Below are positions 17,892 to 27,129 of a stretch of 64,000 nucleotides of DNA, in pieces. The DNA comes from Planctomycetota bacterium (GTDB lineage Bacteria > Planctomycetota > MHYJ01 > JACQXL01), in the NCBI GenBank assembly GCA_016235865.1, contig JACRIK010000018.1, positions 66,891 to 130,890 on the forward strand, given 5' to 3'. Below the pieces are notes generated by a model. That model was given only the letters and a program-made list of their open reading frames with translations. It did not search any database and had not been told where the DNA came from. The position numbers and the translations under genes are program-made. Position 1 is the first letter of the stretch, and each line of letters opens with the position of its first letter.

Positions 17892-18458
17892 CTAATTCAC
17901 GTATCCTTTAAGCATCTCAAAGAGCATTTGTTTGCCTCTGAATATCCATGATTTTACCGTGTTCTCATTGGTTTTGAGGACATCGGCGATTTCCTTATAA
18001 GGCAAATCATTATAAACCGCCATTATGATGGCCTCACGCTGGTCTTCAGGCAGTGACTGGACTGCCCGGGACACCTTTTCCCGTATCTCCTTATCTGCCA
18101 GTGCATCTACCGGCGAGGCGTCCCGATTCACATCGGGACGGACCAAATCGGTCAGCTCCACATTCCGGGGGCGCCGGGCTTTATCCCGGAGCTCGTTCTT
18201 GCAGAGATTGACCGCAATCGTATATAACCAGGTGGTAAATTTATACCGCTGGTTATAGTGTTTGATATTAAGATAACAGCGGACAAAGACCTTTTGGGCC
18301 AATTCCTCCGACCTCGAGGCATCGTTGATATTGCGGTAAACAAAATTAACGATGGCCTTATGGTACTTTTCTATTAGGGCATTAAATGCTTTACGGTCTC
18401 CTTTCTGCGCCTGTTTAACCAGCGCCGAATCAGGAAGTTGTTGGCCTGTTTCTTTCAT
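17892..18458 (-). CDS. ECF RNA polymerase sigma factor
   Basis: LVKQAQKGDRKAF, FTTWLYTIAVNLC, YKEIADVL..NTVKSWIFRG. Confidence 0.92.
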   Translation of the reverse strand: MKETGQQLPDSALVKQAQKGDRKAFNALIEKYHKAIVNFVYRNINDASRSEELAQKVFVRCYLNIKHYNQRYKFTTWLYTIAVNLCKNELRDKARRPRNVELTDLVRPDVNRDASPVDALADKEIREKVSRAVQSLPEDQREAIIMAVYNDLPYKEIADVLKTNENTVKSWIFRGKQMLFEMLKGYVN

Positions 18459-18521
18459 TATATTATACCCCTGGGTTCAGGAAATAGTTGCAACGATTTA
18501 TGATTTAATAGAACTATCAGT

Positions 18522-19271
18522 TTAGGTTTCCTCTTCAAACGGACCTTCGGAATCGCCTTCCACGAACTGCCTGATAAACGGGTCTTGAGATTTTTGGAAA
18601 TATTCCACATCACCGGTCTGGATAATCTTGCCGTGATAGAGCAGGGCAATCCGGTTTGCCACCATAAAGGTGCTTTTCATATCATGGGTTACCACGACCG
18701 AGGTGATATTCAGTTTTTTCCTCAGGCGGATAATCAGGTTGTTGATCACGTTGGACATTATCGGGTCCAGGCCCGTGGTCGGCTCGTCATAGAGGATGAT
18801 TTCCGGGTATCGGACAATGGAACGGGCCAGCGAGACCCGTTTTCGCATGCCGCCGCTTAATTCAGCCGGCATCAGGTTTTCGGCGTTATGCAGACCTACA
18901 ATCTCCAGAACCTCGGTAACCCGCTTATTTATGCCTTCTTCCGGCATCTCCTGGTGTTCCCTTAAGGGCAGTCCGACATTCTCGCCGACCGTGAGTGAAT
19001 TGAGCAATGCGCTGCCCTGGAAGAGGAATCCGAATTTCTTACGCATATTGCTGAGTAGCATTTCATCCGGGTTGGTGATATCCGTGCCGTCAACGGTAAC
19101 TTTGCCTGAATCAGGTTGCATCAATCCGACCATCAGTTTGAGAGTCACGCTTTTACCAGCTCCGCTTCGGCCGATTATCGCAAAGGTCTCGCCTTTGGCT
19201 ATCTTAAAATTTACTCCGTTCAAAACGGTTTTATTGCCCAGGATTTTTTTAACGCCATTAAATTCTATCAT
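18522..19271 (-). CDS. ABC transporter ATP-binding protein, MlaF/Mkl family
   Basis: GRSGAGKS, FLFQGSALL, LSGGMRKRV, YDEPTTGLDP, FIRQFV. Confidence 0.9.
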   Translation of the reverse strand: MIEFNGVKKILGNKTVLNGVNFKIAKGETFAIIGRSGAGKSVTLKLMVGLMQPDSGKVTVDGTDITNPDEMLLSNMRKKFGFLFQGSALLNSLTVGENVGLPLREHQEMPEEGINKRVTEVLEIVGLHNAENLMPAELSGGMRKRVSLARSIVRYPEIILYDEPTTGLDPIMSNVINNLIIRLRKKLNITSVVVTHDMKSTFMVANRIALLYHGKIIQTGDVEYFQKSQDPFIRQFVEGDSEGPFEEET

Positions 19272-19322
19272 GTGAGTAAAGAGATGACAGATGAAAGATT
19301 AAAGATGATGAGTAAACCGCCT

Positions 19323-19652
19323 TCATTCCTTTTCTTTCATTATCTTATCTTTTTCTTCGATATTCTCCGCCAGAATCGTTATCTTGGTTGTAGAGAATGG
19401 CTTGGATGTTATTTCTATAAAGCCATCCTTGACAGAATAGGTCTTAACGGAGGGTTTGGGTTCGTTCTGTTTGGACGCATCCTCGGTAACAATATTAAAG
19501 GTGGTTTTGCCGGTTCCCAGAGAGCCGGCAAATGATGCATGTCCGCCCAAAACGCCCATGTAGCCGTGATGAGCCGGAAAAATCAGTGACGAAACCTGGC
19601 CCTTGAATACCGTGCTCTCAGGCGTTATAATCTCAAGTTCAAATGGTTTCAT
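19323..19652 (-). CDS. atpC: F-type ATP synthase epsilon-like protein (N-terminal domain only)
   Basis: FELEIITPE, GYMGVLGGHA, GFIEI, ITILAE. Confidence 0.75.
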   Translation of the reverse strand: MKPFELEIITPESTVFKGQVSSLIFPAHHGYMGVLGGHASFAGSLGTGKTTFNIVTEDASKQNEPKPSVKTYSVKDGFIEITSKPFSTTKITILAENIEEKDKIMKEKE

Positions 19653-19701
19653 ATCAGGTTTAGCTTTCTTTTACTTCGGCCCTCTGCGCAAAACAAGCCG
19701 T

Positions 19702-20658
19702 TTATGCCGGACTATTCACGACCAGCTTCTTGCGGAGATGCGTCAGCATTTCCGCCACCATTTTGGGCAAATCGTAATCGTGTTTCCAGCCCCAGTCCTT
19801 ACGGGCATCCGAATCGTCTATGGACATGGGCCATGAATCCGCTATTTTTTGCCGGAAATCAGGAGTGTAGGTGCAGGTAAAGGCGGGAATATGCTTCTTG
19901 ATTTCCGCTGCGATTTCTTTTGGAGAAAAGCTTATGGCCGCCATGTTGTAGCTGGTTCGGACCCTGATTTTCTTGGCGTCAGCTTCCATGATGTCGATAG
20001 TTCCCTTTATGGCGTCGTCCATATACATCATCGGCATGGTTGTATCGTCCCTGAGGTAGCAGGCGTATTTGCCAGCCTTGATGGCGTCATAGAATATCGC
20101 CACGGCGTAGTCAGTGGTGCCGCCGCCCGGTTCGGTTTTCCAGCTGATTAATCCGGGATATCTCAGGCCGCGGACGTCCAGTCCGTATCTGACAAAATAA
20201 TACTGGCACAGCAATTCGCCGGTGACCTTGGTAACGCCGTACATCGTGGTCGGCTCGAGCATAGTGTGTTGGGGCGTATTTGACCGGGGAGTGGTCGGAC
20301 CAAAAACGGCAATTGAGCTGGGCAGCAATACCTTTGCCTTTTGCTCCACGGCCAGGTCGAGGACATTTTTCAGGCTGGTAACGTTGACATCCCAGGCCAG
20401 CTGCGGATTCTTCTCTCCCGTAGCGGAGAGGATAGAAGCCAGGTGGTATATCTGGGTTATTTTATGCTTCTTGAGAATAGAATGCATAACCTCCTTGTCT
20501 TCGGTGCCGCCTTTTTCCAGTATGCCCTTGAAATCAGCCGGGATATTGCGATGTCCTAGAGCGATGATGTTATCAATTCCGTATCTCTTCTGCAATGCTT
20601 CAACAAGTTCTGTCCCGATTTGCCCGAATGCGCCGGTTACCAGGATTTTCTCTGGCAT
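19702..20658 (-). CDS. L-threonine 3-dehydrogenase (NAD-dependent epimerase/SDR type)
   Basis: TGAFGQIG, LSATGE, YGVTK, PGGGTTDYAV, QKIADSWP. Confidence 0.85.
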   Translation of the reverse strand: MPEKILVTGAFGQIGTELVEALQKRYGIDNIIALGHRNIPADFKGILEKGGTEDKEVMHSILKKHKITQIYHLASILSATGEKNPQLAWDVNVTSLKNVLDLAVEQKAKVLLPSSIAVFGPTTPRSNTPQHTMLEPTTMYGVTKVTGELLCQYYFVRYGLDVRGLRYPGLISWKTEPGGGTTDYAVAIFYDAIKAGKYACYLRDDTTMPMMYMDDAIKGTIDIMEADAKKIRVRTSYNMAAISFSPKEIAAEIKKHIPAFTCTYTPDFRQKIADSWPMSIDDSDARKDWGWKHDYDLPKMVAEMLTHLRKKLVVNSPA

Positions 20659-20696
20659 AGTCCGCTCCTTCTATAACTATCGGCGGGTTGTGTCAA

Positions 20697-20848
20697 CCCC
20701 GCACATAATAATGGTTAACTATGTTCCCGGTGCGCTCCTCTCTGGGGTGCTCCCGACCATTGCTTATTTCATTCGCAAAGGGCGGCATATATAAACACCG
20801 GTTTATCTGCCTATTATGCGAAATTATTAACATCATTTATGTGCGGGG
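20697..20848. mobile_element. MITE-like element, TIR CCCCGCACATAA, flanked by TCAA direct repeats
   Basis: TCAA|CCCCGCACATAA...TTATGTGCGGGG|TCAA. Confidence 0.7.
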
Positions 20849-20999
20849 TCAAGAAAAATGGTGAGATAACCTTACGGTGATTAGTCCTGGGTTTATTTGC
20901 CTGTGTTTTATATATTTTCGTAGCCGCAATCTTTAGGTTGCGTTTTTCTTGCTGATTCCGGATTATATTTTATACTTTCATCAAGCGGAGGGAGTTTGT

Positions 21000-21887
21000 A
21001 TGAAAAAAACAGTTATAATATTTCTGCTTGTCCTTTTTGGCGTAATGCTTTATGGGGCTGACAACGGCACACCGGCGCCCGCGAACCCGGCTCCATCCCG
21101 AAGTGATCGGGACTCCACTGTGGTTCCGGAAAACGAGGATATTATCCTGATTAAAAAGGTTTTTAAAAAGATGGAGGAGTCCACGGCTAAAGAAGATGTT
21201 AATGGATATATGGATGTGTTCTCAAAGCGGGTGGAGATCGCCACGCCGGATGGCGCCAAACTTTCGTACAGTGATATAAAAGATTATTTAGTTGAGCTGT
21301 TTGACAGTTATGATTATATCAAGGATGAGCAGACCAAAGAATTGAATATTCGAATTATGGACAATACCGCCGAGGTGGTTAACACCTACCGGATGAGCGG
21401 TATTCCCAGGGGTGAAAAAGAAGTGGTGGTATTTGATGAGGGAACGCTGATGATAACGCTCCAAAAGCTGCCTTCCTTCTCGCCTAAGATACCGCCTGCA
21501 TATCAGGTAATAAACGTTTCATATGTTATTCCCGTGGAGGATGTGGCCCAGTCCGTTTCCCCGGAAGACAAGACAATGTTGTTGCAGAGAATCAAGGAAA
21601 ATTACGGGGTAGACCTGGAGGCCTCAGGCGGATTTGAACAATACCGTTCGTTGCTTCTCCAGGAACTTAAGGCAGAAAGCGAAGCTAATAAAGAGGAATT
21701 AGAGGCGCGGATTACGATACTGAAGAAACGGTTGCAAAAAACGTTTTCAGCCATGGTCAAACAGGACGTTCAGGCGGAGATTCAGGAATCAGAAAAAGCC
21801 TTGCAGCAGGTAGCCACGGAGAACGAGATAATCTCGATTGTGGACAACGAAATCGCCGACCTTAAGGATATATTTTTGAAGAAATGA
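21000..21887 (+). CDS. Secreted protein with NTF2/DUF4440-like domain and coiled-coil tail
   Basis: GGAG RBS before ATG 21000, signal peptide, EDVNGYMDVFS NTF2-like pattern. Confidence 0.6.
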   Translation: MKKTVIIFLLVLFGVMLYGADNGTPAPANPAPSRSDRDSTVVPENEDIILIKKVFKKMEESTAKEDVNGYMDVFSKRVEIATPDGAKLSYSDIKDYLVELFDSYDYIKDEQTKELNIRIMDNTAEVVNTYRMSGIPRGEKEVVVFDEGTLMITLQKLPSFSPKIPPAYQVINVSYVIPVEDVAQSVSPEDKTMLLQRIKENYGVDLEASGGFEQYRSLLLQELKAESEANKEELEARITILKKRLQKTFSAMVKQDVQAEIQESEKALQQVATENEIISIVDNEIADLKDIFLKK

Positions 21888-21893
21888 TGTCGG

Positions 21894-22289
21894 TTATGGA
21901 TGCTCCGATATTTCGATTAAAACACCGGAAGTGTCTTGGGGAGCCAGGAAATTGACCAGATGCCCGCCGGCACCGGTCTTCGGCTCCGGATATAGCGGCT
22001 TATAACCCTTGGCCTCAAGTTGTTTCATCATTTCCCTGATGTTAGCCACGGCAAAGCAGAGGTGATGGATGCCCTCACCGCGCTTGGCCAGGAATTTGCT
22101 GACTGCCTGCTCGCCTTCCAATGGCTCGACTAATTCGATTACCATATTAGCGGTTGGCAGCTTGGCCGTCCGGACCTTCATTACTGGCACCTCCTCTATA
22201 TGAGGTGTCAGTTCCAGCCCATTCTGGTAAAAGGGCAGGGCGGTTTCTATTTTCTTTACGGCAATCCCGATGTGGTCTAGTTTTATCAT
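21894..22289 (-). CDS. mce: Methylmalonyl-CoA epimerase
   Basis: DHIGIAV, IELVEP, FLAKRGEGIHHLCF, GVLIE; follows mutase. Confidence 0.9.
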   Translation of the reverse strand: MIKLDHIGIAVKKIETALPFYQNGLELTPHIEEVPVMKVRTAKLPTANMVIELVEPLEGEQAVSKFLAKRGEGIHHLCFAVANIREMMKQLEAKGYKPLYPEPKTGAGGHLVNFLAPQDTSGVLIEISEHP

Positions 22290-22349
22290 AAATTATTTCT
22301 TGCCACTAAGGCACGAAGAAGAACTTGGTGCCTTTGTGGCTAATTGTAT

Positions 22350-23900
22350 TTAAAAGATAATTGCTCCCTTATGTTCCCCGAATACCTCGCGTAAGGCGGA
22401 TGAGATTTCGCCTAATGTGGCGTTCTGTTTTATTGACTCCATAATCGCCGGCATAAGGTTATCGCTTGATTGGGCAACTGATTTCAGCGAGACCAGCGCC
22501 TGGTTGACCGCTTTTATATCCCTCTTTCTCTTGTATTGAGTTATTCGCATTACCTGCTTTTTCTGCAAAGCCGGCGTGACCTTGAGGGTTTTTATCCGGT
22601 TTGATTCCTTATCGGTAAACTTGTTCAACCCGACGATAATTTGTTTCCGAGTTTCAATTTTCTTCTGGTATTCATAGGCGGTTCGGGAGATTTCCTGCTG
22701 GTAGAATCCGCTGGCAATAGCTTTGGTTGAGCCGCCCAGCTGGTCAATCTTATCAATATAACTGACTGCTTCTTTCTCCAGTTTATCCGTAATGGTTTCC
22801 AGATAATAAGAGCCGGCCAGCGGGTCAACGACTTTACCGGCCGCGCTTTCATAGGCCAGGAGTTGTTGGGTACGCAGGGCAATCTGGACCGATTTTTCGG
22901 TCGGCAAAGCTAGGGCCTCGTCCCGTGAATTGGTATGTAGGCTTTGGGTGCCGCCCAGCACGGCTGACATCGCCTGAAGTGCCACGCGCGTCACATTATT
23001 GTCCGGTTGTTGGGCGGTCAGGGTGCAGCCGGCCGTTTGGGTGTGGAAGCGCAGCATCATGGCCCGCGGGTCAGTGGCCTGGAATTGTTCCTTCATAATC
23101 CGGGCCCAGAGCCGCCGGGCGGCCCGGAACTTGGCCACCTCTTCAAAGAAATCATTATGGGCATTGAAGAAGAACGAGATGCGCTTGCCGATTTCATTAA
23201 TATCAAGGTTGCGCTTAAGGCAGGCCCGGACATAGGCAATGCCGTTGGCTAAGGTAAATCCGATTTCCTGCCCGGCCGTTGAGCCGGCCTCGCGGATATG
23301 ATAGCCGCTGACGCTGATGAAATTCCACTTGGGCGTGTTCTTCAGGCAGTATTCTATTATATCCACCACCAGGCGCAGGGACGGGTCAGGCGGGAATATG
23401 TAAGCCCCGCGCGCCACATATTCTTTGAGGATGTCATTCTGGACTGTGCCGGCCAGGTCGGTAAATTTCGCCTTCTGCCGTTCGGCCAGCACCAGGTACA
23501 TCCCTAGGATAATCGGGCAGGTGGCGTTGATGGTCATAGAGACGCTGACTTTATCCAGCGGAATCCCGTCAAAGAGTATTGCCATGTCGGCCAGCGAGCT
23601 GATATTAACGCCGGTCTTGCCGATTTCCCCCCGGCTCATCGGATGGTCTGCATCATAGCCCATCTGGGTGGGCAGGTCAAAGGCGATGCTTAAGCCGGTC
23701 TGGCCTTTCCGGAGCAGGAATTTGGAGCGCCGGTTGGTCTCTTCAGCCGTGGCAAATCCGGAATACTGCCGCATGGTCCAGAGCCGTCCGTGATACATCG
23801 TCGGATGCACGCCTCGGGTAAACGGATATTCTCCGGGCAGGCCCAAATTGATGTTGTAATCGAGATTATCAATATCTGACGGGGAATAAAAATGTTTCAT
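22350..23900 (-). CDS. Methylmalonyl-CoA mutase, substrate-binding subunit
   Basis: PGEYPFTRG, WTMRQYSGF, AFDLPTQMGYD, SGYHIREAG, HTNSRDEAL; no B12-binding domain. Confidence 0.92.
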   Translation of the reverse strand: MKHFYSPSDIDNLDYNINLGLPGEYPFTRGVHPTMYHGRLWTMRQYSGFATAEETNRRSKFLLRKGQTGLSIAFDLPTQMGYDADHPMSRGEIGKTGVNISSLADMAILFDGIPLDKVSVSMTINATCPIILGMYLVLAERQKAKFTDLAGTVQNDILKEYVARGAYIFPPDPSLRLVVDIIEYCLKNTPKWNFISVSGYHIREAGSTAGQEIGFTLANGIAYVRACLKRNLDINEIGKRISFFFNAHNDFFEEVAKFRAARRLWARIMKEQFQATDPRAMMLRFHTQTAGCTLTAQQPDNNVTRVALQAMSAVLGGTQSLHTNSRDEALALPTEKSVQIALRTQQLLAYESAAGKVVDPLAGSYYLETITDKLEKEAVSYIDKIDQLGGSTKAIASGFYQQEISRTAYEYQKKIETRKQIIVGLNKFTDKESNRIKTLKVTPALQKKQVMRITQYKRKRDIKAVNQALVSLKSVAQSSDNLMPAIMESIKQNATLGEISSALREVFGEHKGAIIF

Positions 23901-24325
23901 TTTGCTAATTTCGGTTTCATGCCCGCCTTATTGCAGGCGTCTATCGCGTCAACCACGCACTGGGTCGGAATTTCCTTTTGGGGTTCTATTAGGACAGATA
24001 TTTCCCTGGTTGAATTACTGATGGTTTCTAATGTCTTGGTAAGTTCATCATAATTTGTCAGGGATATACCGTCAAGTTTTATCGTTGGCATCATCGGATT
24101 GCGGTCATTGTGGGTAAGTGTGATGATGACCTGATTTACACCGGTCAGCGGTTTTGTTATCTCTTTGTTAGCCGGTAGGACGGTTTCAAGTTTGGTTTCA
24201 AGCGACCTGAAATGAAGCGCGCACATCAGGAATATAAGCAACTGGAATATGACGTCTATCATCGGCGTCATTTTGAGTGCCATTAGCTCATTGCCGGAAT
24301 CCTGAATTGCGGGGAATTTAGCCAT
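23897..24325 (-). CDS. exbD: Biopolymer transporter ExbD family
   Basis: MTPMIDVIFQLLIFLM. Confidence 0.85.
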   Translation of the reverse strand: MAKFPAIQDSGNELMALKMTPMIDVIFQLLIFLMCALHFRSLETKLETVLPANKEITKPLTGVNQVIITLTHNDRNPMMPTIKLDGISLTNYDELTKTLETISNSTREISVLIEPQKEIPTQCVVDAIDACNKAGMKPKLAK

Positions 24326-24328
24326 AAC

Positions 24329-24526
24329 CTAATGCAAGATTAATCTTGATATCTTATCCACGAATGGCTTGGAAATAATCTGTCCGACCTTTCTGATGTG
24401 TCTCCTTCTCTTGGCGTTCTTGGCGGATAAGAGATGGCTCTTTCCGGGCCTGTGCCTGAGCAGTTTTCCGGTGGCGGTGCGTTTGATTCGCTTGGACACG
24501 GCCTTGCAGGTTTTCATTTTCGGCAT
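24329..24526 (-). CDS. rpmI: 50S ribosomal protein L35
   Basis: MPKMKT..AVSKRIKRTATGK...SHLL. Confidence 0.95.
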   Translation of the reverse strand: MPKMKTCKAVSKRIKRTATGKLLRHRPGKSHLLSAKNAKRRRHIRKVGQIISKPFVDKISRLILH

Positions 24527-24597
24527 ATAAACTCTCTTTCTTAAGGCGTTCCTTTTGGAAGCGCCAGATTAGAGCCCGACGAGTATCGGGATATACA

Positions 24598-25137
24598 TTA
24601 TGTATTCGTAGCAACCGGTTTTTCCGACTGCGTATTACTCGGCGCTAAAATCAGGGTTAGACGATGACCTTCCCTGGAGATATTCTTATCTACCTTGGCC
24701 ACACCCTTTAATTCGTCCCTGATACGTTCCATCAACTTAAATCCGATTTCCTTGTGGGCGATTTCCCGGCCCTTGAAGAAGAGATTGAAAAGCACCCGGT
24801 CGCCTTTCTTCAGAAAACCTTTGGCTTGGTTCACCCGCACCATAAGATCGTGTTCTTCGGTTATCGGCCGTAGCCTGAGTTCTTTTAAGCGTCCCTGATG
24901 ATGTTGTTTCTTTGCTTTCTGTTCTTTCTTATGCTCCTCGTATTTATATTTGCTGTAACTCATTATCTTGCAAACCGGTGGCGCGGCATCAGGTGAGACC
25001 TCAACCAGGTCAAATCCTTTTTCCAGCGCCATTTTCAGGGCATCAGCCGTGGGCATAATCCCTAGATGCGTGCCGGTCTCGTCAATTACTCGGATGGTTT
25101 TTATTCTGATCCGGTCGTTTTTTCTTAGGTCTTTAAT
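24598..25137 (-). CDS. infC: Translation initiation factor IF-3, probable ATT start
   Basis: Frame extends upstream to ATT at 25137 (NDRIRIKTIRVIDE), GAGGTG SD 5 nt before; LVEVSP..PPVCKIM, FKGRE. Confidence 0.9.
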   Translation of the reverse strand: MKDLRKNDRIRIKTIRVIDETGTHLGIMPTADALKMALEKGFDLVEVSPDAAPPVCKIMSYSKYKYEEHKKEQKAKKQHHQGRLKELRLRPITEEHDLMVRVNQAKGFLKKGDRVLFNLFFKGREIAHKEIGFKLMERIRDELKGVAKVDKNISREGHRLTLILAPSNTQSEKPVATNT

Positions 25138-25155
25138 GATTTCACCTCTCTTTTC

Positions 25156-25217
25156 TTACCCGCTGTTAACGACAAGGGAGTGTTGCAGCGAGTTAGATCC
25201 CGCCGAAAGGCGGGATT
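25156..25217 (-). repeat. CCCGCC hairpin plus TAA-N6 element (arms CTCGCT/AGCGGG)
   Basis: Between thrS and infC, ends just before infC SD. Confidence 0.65.
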
Positions 25218-25224
25218 TTCATGA

Positions 25225-26958
25225 TTATTTCTTCTGTTCTATTTCTCCGGTTATTCTTTTGATAAACTCATCCAGTTTCAGGGCGGTTATTTCCCTCTGG
25301 CCCCGTTCGCGCAGCGCCACGGTGTTTTCCTTCTCTTCCTTTTCGCCCACCACCAGGATATAAGGTACCTTCTGGTCCGCCGCGTCCTTGATGCGCTCGG
25401 ACAGCCGCTCATTGCGTAGGTCTATCTTGGCGCGCACTCCGGCCGCCAGCAGTTCCGAATGTATTTTCTTGGCGTATTCGTTTTGCCCTTCCAGCACCGG
25501 GATGACCGTGGTCTGGACCGGGGCCAGCCAGACCGGGAATGCGCCGGCGTAATGTTCAATCAATATCCCGAAAAACCGTTCCAGCGAGCCCATCAGCGCC
25601 CGGTGCAGCATTATCGGCCTCTGCCTGGTCCCGTCCTGGGCGTTGTAATAAAGGTCAAACCGCTCCGGCAGGTTGAAATCCACCTGGAGCGTGAAGCACT
25701 GCCAGTCGCGGCCCAACGAATCCTTGATATCAATATCCGCCTTGGGCCCATAAAAGACCGCCTGGCCCTCGTCCACCGTATAAGGCAGTCCGGTCTGCAC
25801 GATGGCTTCTTTGAGTACGGCCGTGGCCTTGTCCCAGTTTTCAATCGTGCCGACATATTTCTCCGTCGGCCGGGTCGAGAGCCGCATCTTGAAATCGCTG
25901 AACCCGAACGCCCGGAAGATATGCAGGCCGAAATTAATCACGCCCTTGGCTTCTTCCAGCAACTGGTCCATCCGGCAGAACAGGTGCGCGTCGTCCTGGG
26001 TAAACCCGCGCACCCGGAACAGGCCCTGGAGCACGCCGGAGCGCTCGTAGCGGTAAACCGTGCCCAATTCCGCCCAGCGGATGGGTAGGTCGCGGTAACT
26101 GCGCACCTTGGTTTTATAGACCAGGATATGGCCCGGGCAGTTCATCGGTTTCAGGATATACTCCTGGCCGTCGATATCCATCGGGGAATACATATTCTCG
26201 TGGTAAAAATCCCAGTGTCCCGAGGTCTTCCACAGCCCAATCCGGGCGATATGGGGCGCGAAAATCATCTCGTAGCCGTTTCTGAGATGCTCATTGCGCC
26301 AAAAATCCTCCATGGTCTTGCGAATCATCGCGCCCTTGGGATGCCAGAAGACCAGGCCCGGGCCGGCGTCGTCATACTGGATGCTGAACAAATCCAGGTC
26401 CTTGCCCAGACGGCGGTGGTCGCGCTTCTTGACTTCTTCAATGTGTTTTAGATGACCGTCCAGTTCTTCTTTGGTCAGGAATGCCGTGCCGTAGATGCGC
26501 TGGAGCATTTTATTATGTTCGTCGCCGCGCCAGTAAGCGCCGGTGGCTGAAAGCAGTTTGTAATATTTGGCCAGTCCGGTCCGCTCTATGTGCGGCCCGC
26601 GGCACATATCCATGAAATTACCGTGCTTGTAGAAAGTCGCCTTCTCGTCCGGCAGTTCCCGGAGCATCTCCAGTTTATACGGCTCATCCTTGAGGAGCTT
26701 TTCTGCCTCCGGTTTGCTTAATTCCGTCCGCTCGAATTTGCTGTTCTCCTTGGCGATCCGGGCCATCTCTTTTTCTATCGAGGCCAGGTCTTCCGGTAAA
26801 AACGGCTTGGGCGTGTCAAAATCATAATAGAAGCCGTCGTCAATGGCCGGTCCGATGGCCAGTTTAGTGGCCGGGAAAAGCCGTTTGACTGCGTCCGCCA
26901 TTATGTGCGAGATGGAATGTCTCAGGGTATCCAATTCCTGTTTATTCTGAATACTCAT
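25225..26958 (-). CDS. thrS: Threonine--tRNA ligase (no N-terminal TGS domain)
   Basis: RHSISHIMA, CRGPH, RDHRRLG, KPMNCP, RVRGFTQDDAH, FYGPK. Confidence 0.97.
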   Translation of the reverse strand: MSIQNKQELDTLRHSISHIMADAVKRLFPATKLAIGPAIDDGFYYDFDTPKPFLPEDLASIEKEMARIAKENSKFERTELSKPEAEKLLKDEPYKLEMLRELPDEKATFYKHGNFMDMCRGPHIERTGLAKYYKLLSATGAYWRGDEHNKMLQRIYGTAFLTKEELDGHLKHIEEVKKRDHRRLGKDLDLFSIQYDDAGPGLVFWHPKGAMIRKTMEDFWRNEHLRNGYEMIFAPHIARIGLWKTSGHWDFYHENMYSPMDIDGQEYILKPMNCPGHILVYKTKVRSYRDLPIRWAELGTVYRYERSGVLQGLFRVRGFTQDDAHLFCRMDQLLEEAKGVINFGLHIFRAFGFSDFKMRLSTRPTEKYVGTIENWDKATAVLKEAIVQTGLPYTVDEGQAVFYGPKADIDIKDSLGRDWQCFTLQVDFNLPERFDLYYNAQDGTRQRPIMLHRALMGSLERFFGILIEHYAGAFPVWLAPVQTTVIPVLEGQNEYAKKIHSELLAAGVRAKIDLRNERLSERIKDAADQKVPYILVVGEKEEKENTVALRERGQREITALKLDEFIKRITGEIEQKK

Positions 26959-26964
26959 TATGTT

Positions 26965-27050
26965 CTACAATAACCTCATTTCTTTTCCTACAGTATGGCA
27001 AATTTCCAGCACCTTGTCAAGTTCCTGGTCGGTGAGTGTTGCCATATAAC
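26965..27050 (-). pseudogene. Diverged duplicate of the last 27 codons of the 27130-28311 gene
   Basis: YMATLTDQELDKVLEICHTVGKEMRLL* vs YMATHTDKELDKVLEVCQSVGKEMKLL*, exact 165-bp offset. Confidence 0.9.
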
Positions 27051-27128
27051 CCCGCTCCGATGTTTATCGGGCGGGATAACTCGCTGTAACGCCCTGGCGC
27101 CTACAGCGCCATGACTAACAGCGAGAAA
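27051..27128 (+). repeat. Hairpin plus TAA-N6 element (arms CTCGCT/AGCGAG)
   Basis: Fills the gap between gene end and its duplicated 3' end. Confidence 0.7.
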
Positions 27129-27129
27129 T

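Noticed and set aside
20740..20790. TPP riboswitch (GGGGTGC)
   Set aside because: No CTGAGA or downstream consensus; lies inside a MITE-like element
26959..27129. T-box leader for thrS
   Set aside because: Region is fully explained by the duplicate and repeat; no T-box motif
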